Of a stretch of 64,000 bases of DNA, positions 30,055 through 38,991 are shown one piece after another. The DNA comes from a virus (lineage: Duplodnaviria > Caudoviricetes). The translations under genes were made by a program, and so were the position numbers. The notes under the pieces were generated by a model. The model made no database searches and was not told where the DNA came from. It saw only the letters and a program-made list of their open reading frames with translations. The first letter of the stretch is position 1. Each line of letters starts with the position of its first letter. The stretch lies in the IMG/VR virus record IMGVR_UViG_3300016744_000001. One strand, 5' to 3'.

Positions 30055-30735
30055 GAGTCATGACCAAGAGTTAAATCTCACCTATCTTTGTGCGATACGA
30101 CAGTGTTGCACTTCAATGCTACCGAGACACTGTCTTGGTGGTCAGGAGAATGTGGTACAGAGTTGCGCGAGACTTCTGGATGTCCAATATCGCAGATGGG
30201 AAGTCGCAGTCCATCGGGTAAAAAGATCCACGTTCTGGCGAGTAGTTATCATGCGCATGATAGCCTCTTGCTTACCTGTCACGGCGTTTGGTCACCAGAT
30301 GCCGTTTGCGCGGACCAAGTCTGCGCCGTATGCTGGCCGGAAGCTTCCGGCACCCGATGATGTATCGGGTTCAAACGCGGCACGCCCTATGCGGCCCGCC
30401 GCAACACACAGCGGGCGGGGAATTGGAAATGCTTCCTACCCCGCCCGGTTATAAGAACACAGGGCTTTGGCAAACCCTGGCCATCGGGTAGTAACTCGTT
30501 GGTAAGCCACTATGAATGAGGATCGACGTGTCCTCAAGCCGTGCGCCTGGGCTCATTTGAGTGGGCGCTTGCGGTACTCCAACGTCATGCAAAACCAAGC
30601 GATTGGTTTACCTCCCCATCCCGAAAGGTGTTGCGAGCGACCACTTGTTGCCGCGCTCTGTGATACAATCTCCATGCGTGGAGACGTGCTGCTACTTCAA
30701 CTCGTAGTTGCATGAGAGGGGTGGGGAGGGTTTTA
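30053..30735 (+). ncRNA. candidate large structured ncRNA (~680 nt), family unassigned
   Basis: More than 12 consecutive stems with G-U pairs; promoter upstream; closing stem 30611-30622/30718-30729 followed by a T-tract. Confidence 0.65.
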
Positions 30736-30781
30736 ATTTGTTGTTTTCTGACTGGTCTATAAACCAGTAGAGGAGACGCGT

Positions 30782-30982
30782 ATGCTTGAGCTGTATTGCC
30801 GAATCGCTCAATACTGCGCTGACCTGGTGAGTTCAATTGGTTTCCCCCATAGGCCAAGTTATTCGGTGATGGTCACTGAATTCCGAACTGCTAGGGTAAA
30901 TTGTAATCTCGTTCTCTTTTGCTGCGCGCAGGACAAAAGCGTCCTGGTCTTTGATGCACAGACAGAGGGTGTCTGCAGCTAA
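30782..30982 (+). CDS. possible small Cys-rich ORF
   Basis: GAGGAG RBS, but it overlaps a strong hairpin. Confidence 0.3.
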   Translation: MLELYCRIAQYCADLVSSIGFPHRPSYSVMVTEFRTARVNCNLVLFCCAQDKSVLVFDAQTEGVCS

Positions 30983-31121
30983 AGACCAGTCCTACACTCG
31001 GCATGTGAACTGGAATACGGTTTACGGGGGACTAGAGGAATTTAGGAATTTTCGTCCTCTGGTCCCCCTCAGTCAAAAAACAACAAGTTTCTTTCGTTAA
31101 CAATCTAAAAGGAACAATGTC

Positions 31122-31388
31122 ATGGTCCGTAAAAGTTTCTTTGAAAAGCTGTTGAAGTTTCGCTGTCCCTCTTGTGGCGCGGTTGACAACAACAAGTTGG
31201 CTTTCCGAATGGAATGCAGTCGTCCCAGCAAAGATGAAAAAGATAACGGCCGCCGAGATTTCTCTGTGGTCGTCAGGTGCAAATGTGGTAAGGTTTGTAA
31301 GGCATTTAGCATGCCTTTTGACGGACTCACCGCTGCACAGCAGGATGCTGCCGAAGACACCTTCATGTCGCTCTTGTTTAAAGGCTAA
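31122..31388 (+). CDS. zinc-finger protein
   Basis: CPSC...CKC..C; AAGGA upstream. Confidence 0.6.
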   Translation: MVRKSFFEKLLKFRCPSCGAVDNNKLAFRMECSRPSKDEKDNGRRDFSVVVRCKCGKVCKAFSMPFDGLTAAQQDAAEDTFMSLLFKG

Positions 31389-31396
31389 AAATTTAT

Positions 31397-31473
31397 CGGA
31401 ATGTGGCGCAGTCTGGTAGCGCACTTGCTTTGGGAGCAAGACGTCGAAGGTTCAAATCCTTTCATTCCGACCA
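31397..31473 (+). tRNA. tRNA-Pro(TGG)
   Basis: Cloverleaf with anticodon arm CTTGC-TT-TGG-GA-GCAAG, TTCAAAT T-loop and encoded CCA. Confidence 0.95.
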
Positions 31474-31492
31474 AAATTATCAAGGAACGATC

Positions 31493-31675
31493 ATGTCGTA
31501 TTTGCATGAGTGTACCCTTTGTGAAGTCACCGAGGAAACTGCTGAAAAAGCGATTCTCCCCGCTGGCTGGGTAGCGTTTAAAACCGCCGAGACAGAAGAA
31601 ACTTGTCCCTGGCCGGTGGAGCTTTGCAAGAGTTGCACCGATCTGGCTGTCGCCTACCGTAAGGCGCATCCTTAG
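31493..31675 (+). CDS. small zinc-binding protein
   Basis: CTLC...CKSC; AAGGA RBS. Confidence 0.65.
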   Translation: MSYLHECTLCEVTEETAEKAILPAGWVAFKTAETEETCPWPVELCKSCTDLAVAYRKAHP

Positions 31676-31686
31676 TTGATTCATTT

Positions 31687-31771
31687 GCCCTAGTGGCCAA
31701 ATTGGTAAAGGCAGCGGTCTCAAAAGCCGTGAGCGAAAGCAGTGTAGGTTCGAGTCCTACCTGGGGCACCA
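31687..31771 (+). tRNA. tRNA-Leu(CAA)
   Basis: Anticodon CT-CAA-AA, long variable arm, GGTTCGAGTCC and CCA. Confidence 0.95.
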
Positions 31772-31799
31772 TTCATTCAACATGATTCTGGAGAGTATC

Positions 31800-31976
31800 A
31801 TGCCTGAAGGCAAAGAAACTGTTGTTCGTGGTCTACCGAATCCCATTGATTGGTTTGGCAGTTACCAAAAAGTGTTTGACGCTCTGGAGAGCATCTACCT
31901 GGATTCTTTGACCAAACCCGGCGAGCAGTCTGAAGAAATTCAGAAGAAATTCAAGGAACTGTTCCCCGAGTACTAG
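31800..31976 (+). CDS. small hypothetical protein
   Basis: GGAG before ATG at 31800 (alternative start 31782). Confidence 0.55.
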   Translation: MPEGKETVVRGLPNPIDWFGSYQKVFDALESIYLDSLTKPGEQSEEIQKKFKELFPEY

Positions 31977-32129
31977 CCCAATTGGTTAGCTGGGTTGCGG
32001 AGTTTTATAGATCTGATCAATCGCAAAATCTCGGCCATGGTGCAGTATGATTTTGTACTCAGCAGATAACCAAGTAAGAACCTGATCATTCTTCGCCCAG
32101 CTGCATTTAACATCAAGATAGGGAAATTC

Positions 32130-32354
32130 ATGAATACGAAACCTACTAAGGCTGCAAAAGCGTTTGTCGATACCAAAGCTCACTTGTTTGAAGAAGAGAT
32201 CTTCATGTTTGTCGCAGCTTCCAGAAAGGCTGCTGAAAAGGAACTGCGTGAGCGTTTCCCCAAACTGTGGATCGAAAAGACCGACGGGACGTATCGCTCG
32301 GAGAAAGACGGAGAATGGCTCCTCTTCATCCGTGAAGAACCTGTGATCGGTTAA
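32130..32354 (+). CDS. small hypothetical protein
   Basis: 74 aa with coding-like composition. Confidence 0.6.
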   Translation: MNTKPTKAAKAFVDTKAHLFEEEIFMFVAASRKAAEKELRERFPKLWIEKTDGTYRSEKDGEWLLFIREEPVIG

Positions 32355-32360
32355 AGATTT

Positions 32361-32730
32361 CCGGCAGGGGTACTTAAAGCCGTGTGAAATGTCATACCGC
32401 TTAAATTGGGTATTTGTAGGTTTGATGGACCTCTCCTACTTAACCCTGCCGGTCCAAATTGAGAGTCATGGACCCCTTCCAATATCGACCTCCTTGCTGT
32501 GCTGCGTCGCATTGGCTCCTATCCCCATCATGACTCTCATTCATTTCTCTTCCTGCTCGGTAGCCGAAGTTGCTCCCCCTACCAGCTGACTGAGGTCTTG
32601 CAGGAAGAGAATAAACCTCAATGTTCACCGTCAACAACAGCGTGGTGTCTGATCAATCAACACTCATGTCGAGCACTGAGGTTTTCTTGTTTTATTCTAG
32701 TGGCACCAACCGTCGGGGTTGGTGCCACTA
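32361..32730 (+). ncRNA. tandem array of four stem-closed small RNAs plus a terminal hairpin
   Basis: Units 32361-32452, 32460-32539, 32545-32611 and 32613-32684, each with 9-14 bp pairing between its own ends; hairpin at 32698-32730. Confidence 0.6.
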
Positions 32731-32771
32731 TGACGACAATTTTGAGCATGCATTTTTCTTTTGGAGGAACA

Positions 32772-33317
32772 ATGTTAATCTATACTGGAATTGGCAGTCA
32801 AAAGACTCCACCAGACATGTGCATGCTAATGACTGACATCGCTAAGCAATTAGCAAAACGTTGGTTCTTACGCAGCGGCTATGCTGATGGTGCAGACAAG
32901 GCATTTGGAAAAGGAGCTTATCAAGTTAATGCTCCCCAAGTACATTACCTTCCTTGGGCTGGGTTCAACCATGCACCAAAGGACAATCACATCTTTAAGC
33001 CTTTGGATAAATTGCCTAGCCACTTGGTGCTACAAGCAACTGAGATGGCGGCACAGCTGCACCCCAATTGGGCAGCCTGTGGACAAGGGGCAAGAAAGAT
33101 GCACACCAGAAATATGTTTCAGGTATTGGGAGATGATCTAAATACTCCCACCGACATGGTGGTGTGTTGGACTCCAAAAGGATCTGGTTCTGGTGGTACA
33201 GGGCAAGCAATGCGTTTAGCCAAAAAGTTAGATATTCCAGTCTTCGATTTGGCAATTGCTGGGACTCTGGAGGCAATGTTAATTTTCGTATCTGAAAAAG
33301 AAAACACAGAGGTGTAG
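32772..33317 (+). CDS. DprA-like SLOG-family protein
   Basis: YTGIGSQKTP, LRSGYADGAD, RN..QVLG and GGTGQAMR motifs; GGAGG RBS. Confidence 0.8.
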   Translation: MLIYTGIGSQKTPPDMCMLMTDIAKQLAKRWFLRSGYADGADKAFGKGAYQVNAPQVHYLPWAGFNHAPKDNHIFKPLDKLPSHLVLQATEMAAQLHPNWAACGQGARKMHTRNMFQVLGDDLNTPTDMVVCWTPKGSGSGGTGQAMRLAKKLDIPVFDLAIAGTLEAMLIFVSEKENTEV

Positions 33318-33321
33318 AATT

Positions 33322-33651
33322 ATGAATCTACCCGGGATATTCGAACCACGAAAACGGCTTTTCGCCGCTCATTTTTGGTCACAACGATCACTTGGGCGTA
33401 ATATTCGGTCATGCTGGGTTGAGTCTGAAGTTAACAGAATACTGAATGAACAGTATTCTGGCCAGTTGTTTGACTTCCTATTTGATCCCAACAAGTACAC
33501 CAGTCGGATGATTATCAGCCACACTGAAATTAAGAAACAGAGAGTCTATTCATGGGGATACACCTGTGATGCGCTTTCACCAAAAAATGGCTATTTTAGT
33601 GAATGCGTGATGCTGGTGGTTGACCGACTAATGGAGAAGGTGTATGGATAA
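33322..33651 (+). CDS. hypothetical protein
   Basis: GAGGT RBS; operon spacing. Confidence 0.6.
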   Translation: MNLPGIFEPRKRLFAAHFWSQRSLGRNIRSCWVESEVNRILNEQYSGQLFDFLFDPNKYTSRMIISHTEIKKQRVYSWGYTCDALSPKNGYFSECVMLVVDRLMEKVYG

Positions 33652-33913
33652 GTGGACCAAACTGGATGTCATTGGTATGATCAACTGGGTGTTGCTGATT
33701 GTAGCGATATTGCTGCCGATTAAGTTGCCCCATCCGTATTGGGGGATGTTTGAAATGGTCGCATGGGCAATGCCGCTGTTGGTTAGTGGTACACCAGATT
33801 GGGTTTTCCCAGAATGGATAACCAAGTGCCTAGAAATATTGGCATGGATCGCTTATGGAATACTCATTGGTGGAAACCTTTATCTGATTAGTCTTTGCTG
33901 GAGGGTGATATGA
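33644..33913 (+). CDS. small membrane protein
   Basis: 3 TM segments. Confidence 0.65.
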   Translation: MDKWTKLDVIGMINWVLLIVAILLPIKLPHPYWGMFEMVAWAMPLLVSGTPDWVFPEWITKCLEILAWIAYGILIGGNLYLISLCWRVI

Positions 33914-34146
33914 AACTAGCAATTCTTAAAGGACTCCATCGAGGACTTCACACCAGAAGAGCCGAGACTCACAAAAATTGTGGTATTTTCCAGCAAAACA
34001 TACCGGGTTATCAAAAGCAAACAAAGCTGATGATACTACGTGCGTTTGCCAGGTCAAATCGAACTCAATCGGCGTTTGTCATCGCGCACAACAAAGAACT
34101 AAATTACTCAATGAAGGTGATGCATGGAGATACCAGAAATCAGTAA
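33910..34146 (+). CDS. small basic hypothetical protein
   Basis: ATGA coupling; GGAGG RBS. Confidence 0.5.
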   Translation: MKLAILKGLHRGLHTRRAETHKNCGIFQQNIPGYQKQTKLMILRAFARSNRTQSAFVIAHNKELNYSMKVMHGDTRNQ

Positions 34147-34504
34147 GATTGAGGATCTGGATATACAGATCAAGGCAATTATCACCAAGGCAATCCAAGA
34201 TCCAACCGTGATCCCCGCATACCTGCAGCTGCAGTTGGGAAAGCTGGCTAAGGCACAAGAAGGGTTGTCAGCGATGCTGCTGACTGTGGAAGATGGTTGT
34301 GAAGCGAATACCCGTAAACAGCTGGTGAACACCATGCGATCGGTGGTCCATCAAAACCGGATCATCCAGCATGTGATCAACGTGATCTTGGTCTATATTG
34401 CTAGCGGTGATTATGACAACGCCGCTCACGGTGCAGCACTGCGTGCTGGGGCTGATGCCAGAACAGTCCTGAAGGATGTTTGGAACAAGAAGTTCAAAGA
34501 GTAA
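34124..34504 (+). CDS. hypothetical helical protein
   Basis: 126 aa; AAGGTG RBS. Confidence 0.65.
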   Translation: MEIPEISKIEDLDIQIKAIITKAIQDPTVIPAYLQLQLGKLAKAQEGLSAMLLTVEDGCEANTRKQLVNTMRSVVHQNRIIQHVINVILVYIASGDYDNAAHGAALRAGADARTVLKDVWNKKFKE

Positions 34505-34535
34505 GTTCTGACACCGTGGAGTATTTTGTGTATAA

Positions 34536-34612
34536 GCTAGCGTAGCTCAATTGGCAGAGCAGCTGATTTGTAATCAGCAGGTTTGTGGGTTCAAGTCCCA
34601 TCGTTAGCTCCA
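34536..34612 (+). tRNA. tRNA-Thr(TGT)
   Basis: GCTGA-TT-TGT-AA-TCAGC anticodon arm; CCA end. Confidence 0.95.
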
Positions 34613-34622
34613 GTGTAAATAA

Positions 34623-34697
34623 TGGGGCTTCGTCAAGCGGTAAGACAACAGACTTTGACTCTGTCATTCACTGGTTCAAATCCAGTAGTCCCAGCCA
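34623..34697 (+). tRNA. tRNA-Gln(TTG)
   Basis: ACAGA-CT-TTG-AC-TCTGT anticodon arm; CCA end. Confidence 0.95.
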
Positions 34698-34714
34698 AAT
34701 ATTCGAGAGGTAAC

Positions 34715-34966
34715 ATGAACCGCAGCGAGATCTTTGAACGTGTGAAGTTGTGTGTGTCGAAGCACACTGAGGTCGAAGCTGACCTGATCACTGAGCAGTC
34801 AATGTTGGCCGAGGAGTTGAACTTTGATTCGATTGCCTTGATTGAACTGGGCATGGAAATCGAAGAACAGTTTCAGGACATTAAAAAGCTGGATATTCCT
34901 GAAGGGGATATCATCGGCTGGTTTGATGTTGAAGAAATCGTGACTTATCTCGAGCAAGTCCTGTAA
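34715..34966 (+). CDS. acpP: acyl carrier protein
   Basis: 83-aa acidic protein with LAEELNFDSIALIELGMEIEEQF (phosphopantetheine Ser motif). Confidence 0.85.
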   Translation: MNRSEIFERVKLCVSKHTEVEADLITEQSMLAEELNFDSIALIELGMEIEEQFQDIKKLDIPEGDIIGWFDVEEIVTYLEQVL

Positions 34967-35055
34967 GCTACTCATCCCACACCAACTGGTGTGGGATGAG
35001 TATATTTTGTACAAAGTTTTTTCTTTGTATCTAATCAAGAATTTACGAGGTCATT

Positions 35056-36816
35056 ATGAAGTTATCTGTCAAGTTGACAGGCTTGTCAACAACACTGACT
35101 CTGTTTACAATTATCGTTGGGGTACTAGCGATACTTGGAATGTCAAACATTAACCGTGAAACACAAGACTTGGCGAAGAACTGGTTACCATCAGTCAAGT
35201 CAGTCAGTGAGCTGTCAGATGCGGTTAACGAGTTCAGACGAGATCAGTTGGCTAAGATCATTGTCAACATCAACAACAACAATGAGTTAGTTGTTGAGTA
35301 CAACCAGAAGACTGACAATGACTCAGCTCGTGTACAACGGCGAATGGATCGTTATGCGAAGTTGATCAGTGAACCTGAAGAACGAGTGGCGTTTGAGGAT
35401 TTCAAGATCGCTTGGCAAAAGTACATGGTTATCAATCAACGAATTGAAGTCCTGCTGTTACAAAACAAACCACAGGAAGCTGGCACACTGTTGTTTGGGG
35501 ATGCTCGGGTGATCTACAATACGGCACTATCAAATCTGCTTAAAGCGATCTCAATCAATGACCAAGGGTCAAGTCAATCAGCTGCTAAGGCGAGTGACGA
35601 GTACTCTCGTAGCCGATTGATCACATTGATCTTGACAGTAGTGTCCACGCTGATCGCGATCATGTTTTCAGTATTGTTGATCAGAGTAGTTCTCAAACAG
35701 TTGGGGGAAGACCCGGGGTATCTGTACGAAGTCTCCATGGAGATTGCGAATGGAAACCTTGATGTCAAGTTGAAGTCATTTGTGGGTGAGGGTGGTGTAT
35801 ACGGTGCACTCACGAAGATGGTCGCAACTTTGAAAGCTAAGATCAAAGAAGCTGAAGAGAAGTCAGCTCAGGCTGCACAAGAAGCGCAGTTTGCGAAAGA
35901 AGCCACTGCGGTTGCTGAAGAAGCAACTCAGAAAGCTCAACGTGCCAGAGCTGAAGGCATGATGCAAGCGGCAAAACAGCTGGAAGAAGTTGTGACTATT
36001 TTGACAACAGCGTCTGAAGAACTGTCAGCGCAAGTGGAACAATCTCGTCGAGGAGCAGATGATCAGTCTGGTCGGGTACGAGAAACAGCAACTGCAATGG
36101 AAGAGATGAACGCAACTATCTTGGAAGTAGCAGGGAATGCTCAACATGCAGCTGAAGCGTCCACACAGACCAGACAGCAGGCAATTGAGGGTACCACCAT
36201 TGTTGCTGATGTTGTCAAGAGCATTGAGTCCGTCAGAGTCCAGTCAGCTGGGATCAAGTCAGATATGGACATGCTTGGTAAACAAGCACTGGCAATTGGT
36301 CAGATTCTTAATGTGATTGCCGACATTGCCGACCAGACGAACCTGCTTGCTTTGAATGCCGCCATTGAAGCTGCCCGTGCAGGTGATGCTGGTAGAGGGT
36401 TTGCAGTGGTCGCTGATGAGGTTCGTAAACTTGCTGAAAAATCAATGACTGCTACTCAAGAAGTTGGGAAAGCAATCAATGACATTCAGGAAGGAACTAA
36501 AAAGAATATTGCTGGGGTTGAGAGCAACACTGTTGCAATTGAACAGGTAGCTTTGTTGTCAACTCAGTCTGGTGAAGCATTGACCAAAATCCTTGAGTTT
36601 GTTAACCATGTGAACGATCAAGTGCAATCAATTGCCACTGCTTCAGAAGAACAGTCAGCGGCAAGCGAAGAGATCAATCGTTCTGTGGAAGAAGTGGCAA
36701 CAATTTCCAACGAGACATCAGTTGCTATGGAACATGCCTCAGGTTCAGTTGCTAAACTGTTGCAACAAGTTCAAGTACTTCAGAAGCTCATCACTGAATT
36801 GAAATCAGCTAAATAA
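35056..36816 (+). CDS. methyl-accepting chemotaxis protein (four-helix-bundle sensor, Desulfovibrio-like)
   Basis: TM1, NWLPS-type 4HB sensor, TM2, HAMP-like segment, and [38 protein letters not shown]. Confidence 0.95.
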   Translation: MKLSVKLTGLSTTLTLFTIIVGVLAILGMSNINRETQDLAKNWLPSVKSVSELSDAVNEFRRDQLAKIIVNINNNNELVVEYNQKTDNDSARVQRRMDRYAKLISEPEERVAFEDFKIAWQKYMVINQRIEVLLLQNKPQEAGTLLFGDARVIYNTALSNLLKAISINDQGSSQSAAKASDEYSRSRLITLILTVVSTLIAIMFSVLLIRVVLKQLGEDPGYLYEVSMEIANGNLDVKLKSFVGEGGVYGALTKMVATLKAKIKEAEEKSAQAAQEAQFAKEATAVAEEATQKAQRARAEGMMQAAKQLEEVVTILTTASEELSAQVEQSRRGADDQSGRVRETATAMEEMNATILEVAGNAQHAAEASTQTRQQAIEGTTIVADVVKSIESVRVQSAGIKSDMDMLGKQALAIGQILNVIADIADQTNLLALNAAIEAARAGDAGRGFAVVADEVRKLAEKSMTATQEVGKAINDIQEGTKKNIAGVESNTVAIEQVALLSTQSGEALTKILEFVNHVNDQVQSIATASEEQSAASEEINRSVEEVATISNETSVAMEHASGSVAKLLQQVQVLQKLITELKSAK

Positions 36817-36875
36817 TTCATCAGTACTACACCCTGAAGAGGGTGTAGTACTGAGAATCGTAAAGATTTAAGGAA

Positions 36876-36891
36876 TATATTACTTAACAGA
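36876..36891 (+). promoter_or_regulatory. phage early promoter motif
   Basis: TATATTAC-ttaaca-GA. Confidence 0.7.
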
Positions 36892-36943
36892 TCGTGACAA
36901 CTTTTATGTTAACAATCAAACCAAAACTAAACGAGGGAATCAC

Positions 36944-38974
36944 ATGGATTTCAAATTGATCAAGGATGCTGTTGCAGCGCAGTTTGCCAAGATGGTCAAG
37001 GAAGATGGCAACCTGTTTGTGGTCGACGTCGAACGTGACACCATCTGGGAAAGCTATCTTGGCAGTTTTCCTGAAGGGACCAACCCGATCTACCGCGTCC
37101 GCCGGGAGTACGATTGCTCCATCTGCCGTCAGTTCGTGCGCGTGCTCGGCGGGGTGGTTTCGATCAATCCCCAAACTTTGAAGGTTTCTTCCATTTGGGA
37201 CATCACCGTATCCGAACCGGCATTCCAGGCGGTGGCGGATGCCATGTCCAACCTGATCCACTCCAAGCCGATCGTTAATGCGTTCCGTCATTCGGAACAT
37301 CGCATTGGTGCCGACTTCACCATGGCCTTGTTTGAAGACAAAACCACCCCGGTCAAATTTGACCACTTCTTTGCAAACCTGCCAGGGTTTGCGTTTGTCC
37401 ATGACAAAGACTACGGAACGGTTCTGTCGCAGTACCGCTCCGGCTACGACGTGTTCAAACGCGGTTGTGTCGAACTGACGTCGGAAGCGTTCGACACGGT
37501 TCTTGAGCTGATCGCTCAGAACTCGCTCTATCGCGGTGAAGAATTCACCGGCGTAATCAACGCCTTCTACAACCTGAAGAAAAAACATGACGCGCTTCCG
37601 GAAGACCAGCGGGAAGCTTTCCTGTGGCTTTCAGCCGTCACCCAGCCGGCCAGTGTGCTGCGTTTCCGCAGCATGGCAATTGGCCAGCTCATCATCGACC
37701 TGTCGGACGATGTTGAACTCGAAGCTGCTGTCAGCTCTTACGAGCGCATCACCGCTCCCACCAACTATCGCCGCCCGACTTCTCTGGTCAGCAAAGCAAT
37801 GGTTGAACGGGCCAAACAGACCATTACTGAACTCGGTCTGGAATCTGCTCTTGCCCGCCGCTGTGCGACCATCGATGACATCCCTGTCGTCGATGCAATC
37901 TTTGTGGACCGTAACCAGGTCACCAAACTGGAAGACGATCCCTTTGACGTTCCAACCACGGGCAATAAGAAGCAGGACTTCAAACAGGTGCAGGAAATCA
38001 CCATCGACAAGTTCATTACCGAAGTGGTGCCCACCGCCACCAAGCTTGAAGTGCTTCTGGAAAACAAACTGACCAAGAATTTGGTCACGATGACCACTGC
38101 GGTTGACCCGACCGCACCCGGCATGTTCAAGTGGAACAATCCCCTTGCTTGGGCCTACGTTGGTGACGTCACCGACTCGATCAAAGAACGCGTGAAAAAC
38201 GCTGGTGGCAACATCACGGCGGATCTCTGCTGCCGCCTGTCCTGGGACAACACGGATGACCTTGATCTGCACATGATCGAACCTTCCGGGTTCGAAGTGT
38301 ATTTCCGTGAGAAGATGTCCCCCAGTGGCATGCAACTTGACGTTGACATGAACGCCGGCCACCAGCCGTTGAGCACTGAACCGGTGGAAAACATCTTCAT
38401 GCATTCTGAGCACGGTCTCAGCCAGAACGGTGTTTACCGCCTGTTTGTGCACAACTTCAACCGCCGTAACGGTGACTCCCGTGGTTTCACTGTGGAAATT
38501 GATTTCAAGGGCAGCGTCAAGACTTTCTGCTGCGACAAGGTGATTCCCACACATCACGCCGTCGAAGTGGCCAAGTTCAAGTACGTTCCCGGCGAAGGGA
38601 TCGTGATCATCGAATCTCTGCCTGAAAGCAATGCCAGCAAAGAAGTGTGGGGGCTGACCACGAACAACTTTGTTCCGGTGAAAGCCCTGGTCAAGTCTCC
38701 CAACCATTGGGGTGACAACAACATCGGCAACCAGCATTACTTCTTCATGCTGGATGATTGCATCAATCCCAACAGTGTTCGTGGTTTCTACAACGAATTC
38801 CTGCGGGAAGATCTCACTCAGCACCGCAAGGTGTTTGAACTGGTTGGCACCAAAGCTAAGGCCGAATCCACGCCCAACCAGCTGTCCGGTGTCGGTTTCT
38901 CGACCACACAGCCGGCACAGCTTCTTGTTCGGGTCACGGGTACCTTCACCCGTGTGCTTCGTGTAACCTTCTAA
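36944..38974 (+). CDS. large conserved phage protein with YfaP-like domain
   Basis: LSWDNTDDLDLH...LDVDMNAG...PVENI motif; N-terminal DCSICRQF. Confidence 0.75.
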   Translation: MDFKLIKDAVAAQFAKMVKEDGNLFVVDVERDTIWESYLGSFPEGTNPIYRVRREYDCSICRQFVRVLGGVVSINPQTLKVSSIWDITVSEPAFQAVADAMSNLIHSKPIVNAFRHSEHRIGADFTMALFEDKTTPVKFDHFFANLPGFAFVHDKDYGTVLSQYRSGYDVFKRGCVELTSEAFDTVLELIAQNSLYRGEEFTGVINAFYNLKKKHDALPEDQREAFLWLSAVTQPASVLRFRSMAIGQLIIDLSDDVELEAAVSSYERITAPTNYRRPTSLVSKAMVERAKQTITELGLESALARRCATIDDIPVVDAIFVDRNQVTKLEDDPFDVPTTGNKKQDFKQVQEITIDKFITEVVPTATKLEVLLENKLTKNLVTMTTAVDPTAPGMFKWNNPLAWAYVGDVTDSIKERVKNAGGNITADLCCRLSWDNTDDLDLHMIEPSGFEVYFREKMSPSGMQLDVDMNAGHQPLSTEPVENIFMHSEHGLSQNGVYRLFVHNFNRRNGDSRGFTVEIDFKGSVKTFCCDKVIPTHHAVEVAKFKYVPGEGIVIIESLPESNASKEVWGLTTNNFVPVKALVKSPNHWGDNNIGNQHYFFMLDDCINPNSVRGFYNEFLREDLTQHRKVFELVGTKAKAESTPNQLSGVGFSTTQPAQLLVRVTGTFTRVLRVTF

Positions 38975-38991
38975 TCAAAAGGACCATCACC

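Noticed and set aside
30090-30385. Group II intron (GTGCG at 30090; GCCGTATGC resembling domain V)
   Set aside because: No complete domain V/VI, no interrupted gene and no RT ORF
30032-30857. ORFs 30032-30454, 30088-30360, 30288-30491, 30512-30715 and 30585-30857
   Set aside because: No RBS, mutually overlapping, and R/C/A/P-rich composition; better explained as chance ORFs in structured RNA
30053-31075. tmRNA, RNase P RNA or SRP RNA
   Set aside because: No tRNA-Ala-like ends, no GAGGAAAGTCC, no SRP loop motif
31032-31772. ORFs overlapping tRNA-Pro/Leu, and the N-terminal extensions of 31403, 34622 and 32499
   Set aside because: They read through tRNA or structured RNA; the true starts lie downstream at RBS-supported ATGs
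32361-32730. CRISPR array
   Set aside because: No repeated direct-repeat sequence; the units share structure only, and no array was seen anywhere in the window
37631-38824. 397-aa minus-strand ORF and similar ones (8539-9282, 24365-25105, 36884-37588, 43361-44023, 52813-53547, 54523-55314)
   Set aside because: Antisense shadows of codon-biased real genes, with no RBS or motifs
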